A stretch of 64,000 nt of DNA from NCBI GenBank assembly GCA_038208115.1, contig JBBQZC010000004.1, positions 10,530 to 74,529 on the forward strand, written 5' to 3'. A program made the position numbers and the translations under genes. The notes beneath the pieces were generated by a model. The model saw only the letters and a list, made by a program, of their open reading frames with translations, had not been told where the DNA came from and searched no databases. Of this stretch, positions 62,350-64,000 are shown piece after piece (the first letter of the stretch is position 1; each line of letters begins with the position of its first letter). Source of the stretch: Candidatus Moraniibacteriota bacterium. Lineage in GTDB: Bacteria; Patescibacteriota; Minisyncoccia; Moranbacterales; GCA-2747515.

Positions 62350-62671
62350 AGTTACGATATTAGTAAATAAAAAGAGAAAATTAAAGCATCTCTGACTATT
62401 AGTACGCATTAAAATTACGGTTACTTTCACTGCATAAAGCACTTTTACACTTATCAATTCTTCAATCATGCTATCAGAATTCTTGAATATTATTGGTGTG
62501 TGTCCTATAAAACAGCTCCTATTCTCCAAGTACTTACGCATATCATCGATGCATTTCAATCCCTTCGATTCAACACAAGATCTCTGAAATCCTGTATCGT
62601 ACAAAAACACACGGGGCACCAACACAGGGAATGTTGATGCTCCGTTTTATGAAGACAATTAGCAAAGCATA

Positions 62672-63055
62672 TTACCCCACCATAGAATGAATGGCGATGC
62701 GATTACCTTCTGAATCTTCAATAAACGCAACAAATCCATTTTCTCCAATATTCATCTTTGGCAAAATAATCTTTATACCGTGCTCTTGTGCCTTAGCAAG
62801 ACCTTTTTCCACACTTCCTTCTGGTGCTGCAAAATACACTATAGAACCATTGTATGACGGTACATAACTAGGACCCTTCATAAGAGTTCCCGCTGATCCA
62901 TATCCCTCCATATCCATAGGAAACCAACTCATCGTAAAACCATTCATTTCTGATTGCCTCTGAAACTCAAATCCAAAATATTCTTTGTAAAATTTTTCTG
63001 CGCGATCCAGATCTGTTACTGGGATTTCCACCCAGCCGATAGGATTTTTTTGCAT
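62672..63055 (-). CDS. VOC/glyoxalase-family protein
   Basis: 'IGWVEIPVTDLDRAEKFYKEYFGFEF' is a glyoxalase/bleomycin-resistance beta-alpha-beta-beta-beta module. Confidence 0.7.
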   Translation of the reverse strand: MQKNPIGWVEIPVTDLDRAEKFYKEYFGFEFQRQSEMNGFTMSWFPMDMEGYGSAGTLMKGPSYVPSYNGSIVYFAAPEGSVEKGLAKAQEHGIKIILPKMNIGENGFVAFIEDSEGNRIAIHSMVG

Positions 63056-63131
63056 ATATGTATTGATTAATGGATTAAATCGTTAAGTGAAAAGCATTGC
63101 TTGCATCTACGTCAACCTCTCAAAAAAGAAA

Positions 63132-63416
63132 TCATGGAGATCCATGTCGCATCACATGCACAGATCGTTCGTGAATTACATTATTTTTTACAAGTCTAAC
63201 CTCATATGTAAATTGCTCACCATATATACGATCGATCACCTTCTTTATTTGCTCATCGTGTTTTGAGCGTGAAAGTTCATGTACCGGCTTAACATTATCC
63301 ACAAATATAACGACGTGTTCATTTTTGGAGACAATGTCCACAACATTACTGTAAAAAATGTCTTGCGTTCGTTTATGCGTAATGAGTTGCATAAATTTTT
63401 TAATCGAATGTTTCAT
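63132..63416 (-). CDS. hypothetical protein
   Basis: 94-aa intact ORF. Weak resemblance to DUF721-like small proteins. Confidence 0.3.
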   Translation of the reverse strand: MKHSIKKFMQLITHKRTQDIFYSNVVDIVSKNEHVVIFVDNVKPVHELSRSKHDEQIKKVIDRIYGEQFTYEVRLVKNNVIHERSVHVMRHGSP

Positions 63417-63570
63417 AGAAAGTGCTGTTAAGATTTAAAATATCAAATCTACACAAAACCAAATAAATTCTCATTCTTTTACTAGTAATAGTAATACAGC
63501 GAGATTTTGTTTTTTCTTTCACATCATAAAATATCTCATTGTTTGCAAGACTATTTATATAGCAAATAAC

Positions 63571-63939
63571 CTACGCGCCTATCTGGAAAATAAAAAAATA
63601 TAATGAAAAAAATATAAGCAGCACGCCAAAAAGTATTTTTACCATAGATGATTTGGTGCGCATATCCACTTTTGCACCGATGTACGCCATAGGCACAACA
63701 CCTATGCCCATAGCAGCACTTATACCGAGATCGATATGTCCCAACTGATAATGAATAATACACGAAGGAATAATGAGTACTGCTATCGTCAAAAGCGACG
63801 TAGCGATAGCTTCTTTTATCCGCATATCAAAAAGCATTACAAACGCTGCAATAAAAAACAACCCACCTCCGTTTGCGAGGATACCAGATATAATACCGAT
63901 GATTGACGATACGCCAAAAATATATAGCGCTGGAATCAT
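63571..63939 (-). CDS. TauE/SafE (TSUP)-like membrane protein, half-size or N-terminally incomplete
   Basis: Four TM helices with 'GILANGGGLFFIAAFVMLF'. Lies near the window edge. Confidence 0.35.
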   Translation of the reverse strand: MIPALYIFGVSSIIGIISGILANGGGLFFIAAFVMLFDMRIKEAIATSLLTIAVLIIPSCIIHYQLGHIDLGISAAMGIGVVPMAYIGAKVDMRTKSSMVKILFGVLLIFFSLYFFIFQIGA

Positions 63940-64000
63940 GTTTTGTCTTTTTTGAAGAGATGCTTTTTTCTTTTCATGAATACTATCACGTATAAAATTC

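Noticed and set aside
62350-62625. N-terminal 92 codons of the 189-aa ORF 62056-62625
   Set aside because: Only the C-terminal ~98 aa form a coherent TM-plus-SHOCT protein. The upstream part has no features and probably is not translated.

Overview
This is a low-GC, gene-dense bacterial window, and almost every gene is on the minus strand. The gene content (type IV pilus machinery without a secretin, minimal metabolism, many glycosyltransferases) fits a small-genome monoderm or CPR-like bacterium. Standard code 11 is used, since the long ORFs are intact.

Main blocks, in window order:
- 101-2967: RDD-family membrane protein and NAD-dependent DNA ligase (ligA).
- 3219-7983: pilin / prepilin peptidase (pilD) / four minor pseudopilins operon, the last of which carries a LamG (ConA-like) lectin domain.
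- 8197-18254: AT-rich glycan cluster with two SAM methyltransferases, a flippase, GT2 and GT1 enzymes, a GtrB-like polyprenyl-phosphate glycosyltransferase and two tandem paralogous GT-C (ArnT/PMT-like) membrane glycosyltransferases.
- 18336-30955: a second pilin gene with a strong Shine-Dalgarno (SD) site, then pilC, pilT, a CheY-like receiver (REC)-only regulator, pilB, pilO, pilN and pilM. Directly upstream on the same strand sit recA, a RodZ-like protein and ftsK.
- 31083-33905: extracytoplasmic-function (ECF) sigma factor, a putative anti-sigma factor and two secreted proteins.
- 33960-39686: housekeeping genes (HAD-superfamily YqeG-like phosphatase, mscL, ASC-1 homology (ASCH)-domain protein, flavodoxin-like NAD(P)H oxidoreductase, mannose-1-phosphate guanylyltransferase, P-type cation ATPase).
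- 39792-45108: a 1126-aa fusion of a GH18-like domain, a CE4 polysaccharide deacetylase and a processive GT2 (PgaB/PgaC-like, poly-N-acetylglucosamine (PNAG) or chitin-type exopolysaccharide), preceded by two tandem paralogous secreted proteins with an RlpA-like double-psi beta-barrel (DPBB) signature.
- 45280-46981: dapA and a divergent ACT-only protein.
- 47185-53813: M28 peptidase, GDSL hydrolase, GH28 glycoside hydrolase, alpha/beta hydrolase and two unrecognised proteins. The intergenic DNA here carries a perfect 33-bp palindrome and a pair of 97-bp direct repeats.
- 53981-57028: a tRNA-Ser(CGA) gene with two degenerate copies of its 3' end lying 1.5 and 3 kb downstream. These bracket AT-rich cargo: a Cys-rich repeat membrane protein and a frameshifted PD-(D/E)xK-like nuclease. 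This is the signature of a tRNA-targeted integrated islet.
- 57243-63939: ABC-2 exporter, major facilitator superfamily (MFS) transporter, standalone C39-like cysteine peptidase, YbaN-like (DUF454) small membrane protein, SHOCT protein, VOC enzyme, TauE-like membrane protein.

No rRNA, CRISPR array, transposase or integrase was seen. The strongest hunt candidates are the pilin-adjacent GtrB + GT-C pair as a pilin glycosylation system, the tri-domain exopolysaccharide synthase fusion with its DPBB partners, and the tRNA-Ser islet cargo.
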